Shown in pieces: positions 8,051-16,235 of a stretch of 23,326 nucleotides of DNA. Under the pieces are notes generated by a model that did no database searches, was not told the origin of the DNA, and saw nothing but the letters and a program-made list of their open reading frames with translations. Each line of letters begins with the position of its first letter. The first letter of the stretch is position 1. The position numbers were made by a program, and so were the translations under genes. The stretch covers positions 1 to 23,326 of the forward strand of contig JBHHXN010000078.1 of NCBI GenBank assembly GCA_046757025.1. Direction: 5' to 3'. The DNA is from a bacterium (GTDB taxonomy: Bacteria > Zhuqueibacterota > Zhuqueibacteria > Oceanimicrobiales > Oceanimicrobiaceae).

Positions 8051-9328
8051 ATGAGCACTATTGCAATTCAGGTGGAAAAATTAAGCAAGCAGTACCGCAT
8101 AGGTACGAAGCAAGAAAGTTATCACACGCTACGCGATACTTTGACGGATACGTTTGCAGCCCCGTTTCGCCGAGTCAAGAAACTGCTGCAAGGTCAAGCC
8201 ACTGGTGCCGCCGATTTAGACGAAATCATCTGGGCGCTGAAAGACGTGTCCTTTAAAGTCGAACACGGGGAAGTACTTGGCGTCATTGGCCGCAATGGCG
8301 CCGGTAAAAGCACTTTGCTCAAGGTACTTTCTCGAATCACGGAACCCAGTGCAGGTCGTGCGCGGATTTGCGGCCGGGTTGGGTCGTTGTTGGAAGTAGG
8401 CACCGGCTTTCATCCGGAGCTAACTGGACGTGAGAATATTTTTTTGAATGGTGCCATTCTTGGCATGCGACGGGAAGAAATTGAGCGCAAATTTGATGAA
8501 ATCGTGGCTTTTTCGGAAGTAGAAAGATTTATCGACACACCGGTCAAGCATTATTCCAGCGGCATGTATCTGCGGCTGGCGTTTGCCGTGGCTGCCCACC
8601 TGCAGCCGGAAATCCTGCTGGTGGATGAAGTGCTGGCGGTGGGCGATTCCGCCTTTCAGAAAAAATGTCTGGGTAAAATGCGCGATGTGGCGGAAGAAGG
8701 GCGAACCGTTCTGTTTGTGAGTCACAATATGGGCGCCGTTTCGCAATTGTGCAGCCGAGCTCTCTGGATCGATGATGGTCAAATCAAAAGCAACGGCCCT
8801 TCAGCGGAAGTGGTGGCGCAGTATTTGACCTCGGTTTCAACCAGCAGTTCTACCTGGATTAACCAATCAAATAACTTTTCCGAGTTGAAAGCCCGTATCA
8901 AATCCGCTACCCTGATAAATTACCGTGGCGAGTTGGAGACCGTGGTGGATTTTAACAAGCCATTTAAAGTTGAAATTGTTTACGATGTGTACGAATCCAC
9001 AAAGCGATTTGCCATTTTGTGCCGTCTGACGAATATGGCCGGCGAAATCGTCTGGACCTCCTGGGATGTGGACACCACCGATTGGAGCCATCGCGAACGA
9101 GAACCCGGTCGTTATGTTTCAATTTGTACTGTGAATGGCAACTTGTTACGCCCCGGACCTTACTTGGTTTCCGTAGGATCCTTGACTCCCAGAGGACGAT
9201 TTCTGAGTTACCACGAACATGTGCTGACGTTTGAAATCTCTTCCATGGGCTTTCCCCTGAATTTAGATCGTGGTGGGGTGATCACACCTTTGCTTGAGTG
9301 GGAAATTCAAAAAATAAGACTTGTCTGA
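8051..9328 (+). CDS. wzt: Polysaccharide ABC transporter ATPase with C-terminal Wzt_C-like domain
   Basis: Walker A GRNGAGKST, signature YSSGM, Walker B LLVDEVLAVGD, H-loop VSH and a ~160-aa C-terminal extension with LRPGPYLV. RBS GAGGAG. Confidence 0.95.
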   Translation: MSTIAIQVEKLSKQYRIGTKQESYHTLRDTLTDTFAAPFRRVKKLLQGQATGAADLDEIIWALKDVSFKVEHGEVLGVIGRNGAGKSTLLKVLSRITEPSAGRARICGRVGSLLEVGTGFHPELTGRENIFLNGAILGMRREEIERKFDEIVAFSEVERFIDTPVKHYSSGMYLRLAFAVAAHLQPEILLVDEVLAVGDSAFQKKCLGKMRDVAEEGRTVLFVSHNMGAVSQLCSRALWIDDGQIKSNGPSAEVVAQYLTSVSTSSSTWINQSNNFSELKARIKSATLINYRGELETVVDFNKPFKVEIVYDVYESTKRFAILCRLTNMAGEIVWTSWDVDTTDWSHREREPGRYVSICTVNGNLLRPGPYLVSVGSLTPRGRFLSYHEHVLTFEISSMGFPLNLDRGGVITPLLEWEIQKIRLV

Positions 9329-9347
9329 GATAATTCGTTCATAAATA

Positions 9348-9491
9348 GTGATTGACCGAAAAATCCAAATTTCTTCACCCTGAGCCCTTCTACAAGCTCA
9401 GGATAAACTGCGACGAAGGGTGATAAGCTGTTGTTTTTATGTCATGCTTCGACTCTGCTCAGCATGAAGATGCTCATTTTCGGTCAATCAC
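9348..9491. mobile_element. 144-bp family-A-related MITE with REP-like cargo
   Basis: Perfect 15-bp TIR GTGATTGACCGAAAA (9348-9362)/TTTTCGGTCAATCAC (9477-9491). Direct repeat TAAATA at 9342-9347 and 9492-9497. Internal hairpins TCACCCT..AGGGTGA (9375-9423) and TCATGCT..AGCATGA (9442-9467). Confidence 0.92.
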
Positions 9492-9568
9492 TAAATAGAA
9501 TCATAAAAATATAGTATTTCAAAAGCTATTCATCAACTATTGTTTAATCGGAGGACCGAATTTAGGAA

Positions 9569-10315
9569 ATGTTACAAAAAGTTTTATCTGGAGCAAATAA
9601 ACACATTCAGTCTCTGGTAAGAAATCGTCTGTTTGGGCTGGACGCCATGGCGAAACAATATTTCAGTCAATTTGGTGAAGACGCTTGTATTCAGAGTTAT
9701 TTCCGCGCCAAAGCGTATCAAACTTTTGGCGATGTAACAAAGATGGAAAAGGGATTTTATGTGGACGTGGGAGCGTATTCTCCCAAAAAACTTTCCAATA
9801 CTTACTGGTTTTATAATCAAGGGTGGCGCGGCATAAATATTGAGCCGGCGCCCGGCTCAAAAAAAATATTTGATGCAGCCCGTCCACGAGATTTCAATGT
9901 GGAGGTCGCCATTTCGAACCAGGAAAAAGAAAGTGATTTCTTTGTTTGGGCCGTGCCGTTTGTTTACAACACCCTGAGCAAAACGAAAGCGGAAATCTTT
10001 GCTAAAAAACTGGGCAGAAAGCCTGAAAAAATAAAGGTGCAAACACAGCGATTGGAATCGATTTTGGATAGGTATCTACCGGCCGGCCAACAGATTAGTT
10101 TTTTTTCCATCGATGTAAAAGGCTACATCCTGCAGGTTTTGCAATCCAATAATTGGGTTAAATATCGTCCTGAGTTGGTGGCTATCGAAGATTTCAAGAC
10201 CAATATCCAGGAACTGCTGGATTCGGAAATTTCAAAATATATGTACAAACAGGGGTATATTTTGAAATATTGGGTACCGCCAAGCAGCATCTACGTGAAA
10301 GCAACGTTCGATTAG
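9569..10315 (+). CDS. FkbM-family SAM-dependent methyltransferase
   Basis: FSQFGED, GFYVDVGAYSP..SNT..FY..GWRGINIEP, RPRD.N..AIS, SIDVKG (consensus IDVEG) and NWVKYRP. GGAGG upstream. Confidence 0.88.
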   Translation: MLQKVLSGANKHIQSLVRNRLFGLDAMAKQYFSQFGEDACIQSYFRAKAYQTFGDVTKMEKGFYVDVGAYSPKKLSNTYWFYNQGWRGINIEPAPGSKKIFDAARPRDFNVEVAISNQEKESDFFVWAVPFVYNTLSKTKAEIFAKKLGRKPEKIKVQTQRLESILDRYLPAGQQISFFSIDVKGYILQVLQSNNWVKYRPELVAIEDFKTNIQELLDSEISKYMYKQGYILKYWVPPSSIYVKATFD

Positions 10316-10567
10316 AGGCAGTGAACCGCCAACAAATATCAAAAGAAATGATTAATTTATTTAACCTGATTAATTCATAATCAACGAAATAACACAGAAA
10401 AAAACAATGAATAGCATATTATTCATGGGCGACTAACTTACTGTTTTTCAATTATCTGTTTTATTCTGTATTTTGGAGTGGTGAATAATTCAGGATAATT
10501 AATTTATGTATCAGTACGATTGCGACGAGTTATGCTACATTTCAATTTGACGATAGACACTTTTATT

Positions 10568-11434
10568 ATGAAAATTAAGAAACTTATTATGAGATTTCTT
10601 TTTAGTATTAGTAAATATGTTGACTTTTTTCTTGAACCAATGGTATCTCAAAAAGGAATTAATATTCAAATCCAGAAATTGTTTTTACTTCCTTATGCGC
10701 TACAAGAAAAATCCAAAATATTTTCTCCCATTTTTGTTGTAGGGTGCCCCCATAGTGGCACCTCCGTAATGTTAGCTATATTAGATAATCACCAAAATAT
10801 AATAGCGGTTACAATGGAAACGAAGGTATTCTACAAAACGAGTCTGGAAAAAATACTTATCTTCCGTGATTGGAGTAAAATGACCATTTTGGCTGGAAAG
10901 CAAAGATGGGCAGAGAAAACGCCTTATCATATTGAGAAAATTAATGAGATTTTGAGATATTACCCTGATGCCAGAATTATATTAATGCTTCGGGATGGTC
11001 GTGATGTCGCTTGTTCCATAAAATATCGCGTGAATGATTTTGAGTTTGGAGTTGATGAATGGTTGAAATGGAACAGGTTTGGAGAAAGTTTTTGGTCAAA
11101 TAAAAAAGTGATGGTAGTTAAATACGAGAGTGTAGTTAAGCATACTCATAATTCACTTAGTAAGATATTTGCATTCCTTGGTGAACCTTATGAAGCAGAA
11201 ATGTCAGAATTAGGCAATAAAAGTAGAAGATGGTATAGTGAAAATATAGAAAAGCCCTCAAGTCGTGCTCGTGAACATCATAATGATTTTCGAAACTGGC
11301 AGATAAACCAGCCGCTTTTTGATGGAAGTGGTAAATGGATTCTTTCCATGACGGATGATGAGCGGATGCTTTTCAAAACAAAAGCTGGAGACCTCTTGCT
11401 TAAATATGGTTATGTAAATGATAATAATTGGTAA
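10568..11434 (+). CDS. PAPS-dependent sulfotransferase (AT-rich)
   Basis: 5'-PSB loop IFVVGCPHSGTS, WAEKTP, 3'-PB RDGRDVACS and VKYE..V. Start uncertain; ATG 10568 preferred over TTG 10520. Confidence 0.85.
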   Translation: MKIKKLIMRFLFSISKYVDFFLEPMVSQKGINIQIQKLFLLPYALQEKSKIFSPIFVVGCPHSGTSVMLAILDNHQNIIAVTMETKVFYKTSLEKILIFRDWSKMTILAGKQRWAEKTPYHIEKINEILRYYPDARIILMLRDGRDVACSIKYRVNDFEFGVDEWLKWNRFGESFWSNKKVMVVKYESVVKHTHNSLSKIFAFLGEPYEAEMSELGNKSRRWYSENIEKPSSRAREHHNDFRNWQINQPLFDGSGKWILSMTDDERMLFKTKAGDLLLKYGYVNDNNW

Positions 11435-11553
11435 ATGACTCTTCAATCCTCCATGGAGTTGCTTCGAAGAGGTCTATATTATCGCACTCGTAACGAATCC
11501 TACGATGGCGACCACAGAAAACATGATGTACGGAAGTCGGTGAGTTGTCGGGA

Positions 11554-11678
11554 GAACGAAAACGACCCTATCTTCCCGAAGGCCTACTGGCCGAGGGTGA
11601 ATTCCTGCTTGGCTCGGCGGGGACGCCTTAGCGAAGAAGTTTTTAAATCGCGTATTTCTCGAGTTTTCGTTCAGACAC
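11554..11678. mobile_element. Family A MITE, copy 2, left end damaged
   Basis: Colinear with 68-191 through shared blocks AACGACCCT, CTGGCCGAGG, GTGAATTCCTGCTTGG, GAAGAAG, TTTTAAA and ATTTCTCGA. Right TIR TTTTCGTTCAGACAC (11664-11678) is followed by TAATTA (11679-11684). Only GAACGAAAA of the left TIR remains. Confidence 0.85.
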
Positions 11679-11728
11679 TAATTACTGAGCAGTTTATTTC
11701 AAATGAAACAAAATTAATTTAAGTGATT

Positions 11729-13054
11729 ATGAAAGTCTTACTAATTCACCTGGGAGATTCACACAGCGGCGGCGGCGGCGGTATAGCCATGCACCGTTTG
11801 TACACTCAATTCAGAAAATCCGGTGTGGATGCACGGATTCTGTGTCAGTGGAAAACCATCGTTTCGCCGTACATTTCTACTCTCCCTTCAACCACGCGTT
11901 TGGAAAGCTGGCTGCGAAAAGTGACTTCCAGGCTGGGTTTGAATGATATTTACAAACTGAGCTCTTTCAAGATAAAAGATTTGGACGTGTTTAAGCAAGC
12001 GGATATCGTCGATTTTCAGGGTATACACAGTGGCACACTCTCGTATCTGGCGCTGCCAGTTCTAACAAAAACAAAGCCAGCGGTGTTTACCTTGCACGAT
12101 ATGTGGGCCTTTACCGGTCACTGTGCTTACACCTATGAGTGCACACGCTGGCAAACCGGCTGCGGCCAGTGTCCCCATCTCGACTCATTGCCAGCGGTCA
12201 TGCGCGACGGCACCAAAATCGAATGGAAGTTGAAAAGCAGGGTTTATAAAAAAGCCAATCTGAGTTTTGTCGTACCGAGTCAATGGCTGGTTCAACAAGC
12301 GCACACCAGCATGTTGGCGCCCTACCCGATTCACTATATTCCGCATGGTGTGGACGTTCGGCAATTCCAGCCTTTAGATCCTGTGCAATGTCGAAAGATG
12401 TTGGGCATTTCGTCTAAAAAGAAAGTTTTGTTATTCGTGGCACAGAATTTTAAAGATAAACGAAAAGGCGGTGATCTGCTTTTGAAAGCACTGCGACGTA
12501 TCCCTGCTACGCTGCAAAAAGAATCCGTGCTGCTTTCCCTCGGAAAAGCAGGCGAGATGGATTTTCATGATTTGAATATGCCGGTTTTGAATCTGGGTTA
12601 TGTTTATCACGATCGCATGAAAGCCATCGCCTACTCAGCAGCCGACCTCTTTCTCTTTCCCACAAGAAGCGATATATTTGGGTTGGTTTCCATTGAAAGT
12701 CAGGCTTGCGGTACGCCGGTGGTTTCATTTCGAGTCGGGGGTGTGTCCGAACATGTTCGCTCCGGTCTGACTGGCTATTTAGCCGAAGCTGAAAATTCAG
12801 ACGACTTTGCCAGTGGTATCCAAGAGCTGCTGGAAGATAATTCAATGCGGGAATCCCTGGGCCAACAAGGCCGGCAAATGGTATTGAATGAATATACCAT
12901 TGAATTGCAAACAAAACGATATTTGAATTTGTACCGACATTTGATGAACAAGGGCAATGGAAAATCTGATGAAGATTTGACTCAGATATCATTTGAAAAT
13001 CAAAAGCGGCCGGTTTGTGAAGCTACGGCTGAGCAGGAAACCATTGAAAAGTGA
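11729..13054 (+). CDS. GT4 glycosyltransferase (WcaC-like)
   Basis: GGGGIAMHRL, TLHDMWAFTGHC Cys-rich insert, YSAADLFLFPTRSDIFGLVSIESQACGTPVV and TGYLA. GTG 11723 is an alternative start. Confidence 0.9.
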   Translation: MKVLLIHLGDSHSGGGGGIAMHRLYTQFRKSGVDARILCQWKTIVSPYISTLPSTTRLESWLRKVTSRLGLNDIYKLSSFKIKDLDVFKQADIVDFQGIHSGTLSYLALPVLTKTKPAVFTLHDMWAFTGHCAYTYECTRWQTGCGQCPHLDSLPAVMRDGTKIEWKLKSRVYKKANLSFVVPSQWLVQQAHTSMLAPYPIHYIPHGVDVRQFQPLDPVQCRKMLGISSKKKVLLFVAQNFKDKRKGGDLLLKALRRIPATLQKESVLLSLGKAGEMDFHDLNMPVLNLGYVYHDRMKAIAYSAADLFLFPTRSDIFGLVSIESQACGTPVVSFRVGGVSEHVRSGLTGYLAEAENSDDFASGIQELLEDNSMRESLGQQGRQMVLNEYTIELQTKRYLNLYRHLMNKGNGKSDEDLTQISFENQKRPVCEATAEQETIEK

Positions 13055-14106
13055 TGAAGAATAAGAAAATAAATTTGGCCATCATCGGCTGCGGTGCCAT
13101 CACGGAAAAGCTGCATTTACCCGTAGCAGTTCAGCAATCAGAATTTTATGTCTCCACTTTGATCGATGTGAATGAGGCGCGCGCCAGGCAACTGGCCCGG
13201 CAGTTTGAAATCAAGAATGTGTACACAGATTACCGCCGCATCATCGGCAGTGAGGTGGATGCGGTTATCAATGCGCTGCCAAATTATTTGCACGCACCTG
13301 TGAGTCGCACCCTGCTGCAGGCAGGCGTTCACGTGCTGGTGGAGAAGCCCCTGGCGTTGACCACTGCAGAGTGCAAGGCCTTGATCAAGACGGCAGAGTC
13401 GTGCGAAGTGGTGCTTGCGGTAGGCTTGATGCGGCGGTTTTCTTACGCCGGCCGTTTCGTGAAAAGCGTGGTGGCGGGCGGTATGCTCGGCAAGGTTCTT
13501 TCATTTGATATTCGCGACGGCTTCGTTTATACCTGGCCGGTGTCTTCGGCAGCATTTTTAAGCGAAGAAAAAACCGGTGGCGGGGTGCTCATGGACCTGG
13601 GTGTGCACGCTCTGGATCAAATTTTGTGGTGGTTTGGCGAGATCGCATCCATCGAATATTTTGACGATAGTTACGGAGGTGTCGAGGCCGAATGCGAACT
13701 GCGTTTGAAAATGAAATCGGGCGCCAGGGGGATACTCGAGCTCAGCCGCACCCGCGACCTGCGGAACACGGCCATAATCCGTGGTGAGAACGCCACGCTG
13801 GAGGTCTCCCTGGTGGAAAATGACCTTCAAATTTGCTTGTCCGAAAATCAGCTTGAATTTGGCGGAAGGGTAAACCCCTCGCCGCATCAGAATTGTCAAA
13901 AACAGAGAATTCAGGAGCTCATCGCTGCCGAGCACCAGGATTTTATTGCAGCCATACAAAATGGCCGGCAGCCAACGGTGAATGCGCGGGACGGCCTGCG
14001 CGCGGTTGCAGTCATTGAAAGGTGTTATGCAAAAAGACGGCCACTTCATCTGCCCTGGGTGGAGAATCCCACAACTGTTGACACTTATATGGGGGCGCGT
14101 GAATGA
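13051..14106 (+). CDS. Gfo/Idh/MocA family oxidoreductase
   Basis: IIGCGAI, ALPNYLH, HVLVEKPLA and GGGVLMDLGVHALD. Confidence 0.92.
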   Translation: MMKNKKINLAIIGCGAITEKLHLPVAVQQSEFYVSTLIDVNEARARQLARQFEIKNVYTDYRRIIGSEVDAVINALPNYLHAPVSRTLLQAGVHVLVEKPLALTTAECKALIKTAESCEVVLAVGLMRRFSYAGRFVKSVVAGGMLGKVLSFDIRDGFVYTWPVSSAAFLSEEKTGGGVLMDLGVHALDQILWWFGEIASIEYFDDSYGGVEAECELRLKMKSGARGILELSRTRDLRNTAIIRGENATLEVSLVENDLQICLSENQLEFGGRVNPSPHQNCQKQRIQELIAAEHQDFIAAIQNGRQPTVNARDGLRAVAVIERCYAKRRPLHLPWVENPTTVDTYMGARE

Positions 14107-15278
14107 CACTTCAGGGAAAAAGGGTCCTGGTTACCGGGGGAACAGGATTTATAGGTGGCCGTCTTATTGAAAAGCTGATCCTTGATCACCAAGCGCAGGT
14201 GCGGGTACTGGTCCGAAATTTTGGCCATGCAGCTCGTATTGCGCGTTTTCCGTTGGAAATGAAATTTGGCGACATTCAGCATGCATCTGTGGTAGATGAG
14301 GCAGTGCAGGGTTGCGATTTCGTTCTGCACTGCGCCCACGACCCCGCTATGAAACCGACCCCGCAAATGAAGCTGGCGGTTCAGGGCACTCGAAATGTGT
14401 GCCAGGCGGTTTTGGCGCATGGAGTTCAGCGGTTGGTGCACGTCAGTACGTTTGCAGTGTATGGCCCTATGAAAGATCGCGAGCTGACTGAAACCTCCAA
14501 CTGGCTGCCCACAAATCAACCGTACATTCTGGCTAAACGCGCAGCCGAACGGTACGTTCTGGATGCCGCTCGAAATAAACGATTGCCGGCGGTGGTTTTG
14601 CAGCCGACGATTGTGTATGGTCCTTACTGCCAACCGTGGACCATTCGTCCTATCATGCAGTTGAAAAACCAGCGCGTGCCGCTGGTAAATGGCGGAGAAG
14701 GCTATTGCAACGCCGTTTATGTGGACGATTGTGTGGAGGCAATTATTCAGGCAGCCGTACAGCCGGAAATGGCTGGAGAAACGTTTTTGGTTTCGGGCGA
14801 ACAGCCGATTTCCTGGCGAACTTTCTATCAAGCATTTGAAAAAACGCTCCATGTTCAGGCAACTGTGGAACTCAGCGCCGAGCAGTTGATGAAAATGATC
14901 AAAGACAAAAAACGCAGTCAGCGTACAATTCATCAACTGCTGAATTTAGCCCGGCATCCCAAAGTCATCAACCGATTTTGTACTTTGCCCGCGACCAGAA
15001 ACCTGCTGCAGATGGTTAAAAAGCACGTCTCACCGCAGCGCTGGCAGTCCATCGAAGCCGCGCTGTATCTTAATAAAAACCACCGGCATCAACTGAATGG
15101 CAAATTAGAGAAGGAAATCTATTTACCTGAGATCACCGAAATTGAGCTGTTCAGATCAAAAACCCAGGTGAAAATAGACAAAGCGAAAAACAGATTGGGA
15201 TACCGGCCGGCATTCAATTTTCAACGCGGAATGGAATTAACCGGGCGTTATATTCAATGGGCTAATCTAAATTGCTGA
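14103..15278 (+). CDS. NAD-dependent epimerase/dehydratase (extended or atypical SDR)
   Basis: VTGGTGFIG, HVSTFAVYG, YILAK (YxxxK), QPTIVYGP, VYVDD and KAKNRLGYRP. ATGA overlap. Confidence 0.88.
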   Translation: MTLQGKRVLVTGGTGFIGGRLIEKLILDHQAQVRVLVRNFGHAARIARFPLEMKFGDIQHASVVDEAVQGCDFVLHCAHDPAMKPTPQMKLAVQGTRNVCQAVLAHGVQRLVHVSTFAVYGPMKDRELTETSNWLPTNQPYILAKRAAERYVLDAARNKRLPAVVLQPTIVYGPYCQPWTIRPIMQLKNQRVPLVNGGEGYCNAVYVDDCVEAIIQAAVQPEMAGETFLVSGEQPISWRTFYQAFEKTLHVQATVELSAEQLMKMIKDKKRSQRTIHQLLNLARHPKVINRFCTLPATRNLLQMVKKHVSPQRWQSIEAALYLNKNHRHQLNGKLEKEIYLPEITEIELFRSKTQVKIDKAKNRLGYRPAFNFQRGMELTGRYIQWANLNC

Positions 15279-16226
15279 GTGAAAATGAAAATGCGCAAAT
15301 TGCTAAACATCGATCAAAATTTGATTTACAATCGCCTGAAATATTTAGCGGGTAAAAATTATTTCACTGCGAAGAGTTTTTACAAATTCAGCTTACGTTT
15401 GCAAAGTCGTCGAATTGAGAAACCGCCGGTCATCCTTTATCAAATGGGAAAAGTGGGCTCATCCACCATCAAGAAATCATTGCAAGCTGCAGACGGAGAT
15501 TTATTAGTCTGTCAAATCCATTATTTAACCGACTATTTTCTCAAAACCAACGAACGGAAATATCGCCAAAGGTTTCGTGATTTTCCGCCCGCCACGCCTG
15601 AGCACCACTGGCTCAGCCAAATATTAAGAAAACAACTGGACAGAAACTTCGATGGTCGGAAATGGAAAATCGTGACCCTGGTGCGCGAACCGGTTGCGCG
15701 CAATATTTCAGCCTTTTTTGAAAATCTTATTGTAACGGATCTCAATTCCGGCACAAAGTTCAAGGTCAAGTCATTTTATGATTTTGAATTGACTGTGACC
15801 GGCGAAAATTTTGAAAAACTATTTGAGCTGTTTTTAGCGAAGTACGATCATGAAACCCCTCTGGAATACTTTGATCGCGAATTTAAAGGGATGTTGAATT
15901 TCGATATTTATGATAGTGCGTTTCCTAAATCAAAGGGATACCAGATTTACGAAGATGAGCGCTTTGATGTGCTGCTGATACGTTTAGAGGATCTGAACAA
16001 TTGTGCCCGAACCGCATTTAAAGAATTTTTGGATATGGAGAATTTCAATTTGAGCGCTCAGAATATCGGTAGTCGGAAATCCTACAACGCGATTTACAAA
16101 TCATTTCTGAAAAACGTAAACTTACCATTGGCCTATCTTGACCAGATGTACCGATCAAAATACGCACAGCATTTTTACACACCCGAAGAAATTGAAAATT
16201 ATAGAAAAAAGTGGTGTCGAAAGTGA
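15279..16226 (+). CDS. Putative capsular polysaccharide synthesis protein (NKWYS-like, sulfotransferase-type motifs)
   Basis: YQMGKVGSSTI (PSB-like loop), LVREPVARNISAFFEN (PB-like), LLIRLEDLN and NIGSRKSY..IY. ATG 15285 and 15291 are alternative starts. Confidence 0.72.
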   Translation: MKMKMRKLLNIDQNLIYNRLKYLAGKNYFTAKSFYKFSLRLQSRRIEKPPVILYQMGKVGSSTIKKSLQAADGDLLVCQIHYLTDYFLKTNERKYRQRFRDFPPATPEHHWLSQILRKQLDRNFDGRKWKIVTLVREPVARNISAFFENLIVTDLNSGTKFKVKSFYDFELTVTGENFEKLFELFLAKYDHETPLEYFDREFKGMLNFDIYDSAFPKSKGYQIYEDERFDVLLIRLEDLNNCARTAFKEFLDMENFNLSAQNIGSRKSYNAIYKSFLKNVNLPLAYLDQMYRSKYAQHFYTPEEIENYRKKWCRK

Positions 16227-16235
16227 TTGATTACA

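Noticed and set aside
9859..10106. A8 (9859-9866) and T8 (10099-10106) tracts in the FkbM gene as phase-variation switches
   Set aside because: A/T runs of 7-9 nt occur repeatedly in this window, including in upxY, and the frame is intact.
11435..11722. 95-aa ORF between the sulfotransferase and GT4
   Set aside because: It reads through MITE copy 2, has no recognisable motif, and copy 1 differs by indels that would shift the frame.
11768..11782. (GGC)4GGT repeat in GT4
   Set aside because: It is an in-frame poly-Gly loop typical of GT4 N-termini and too short to be a contingency locus.
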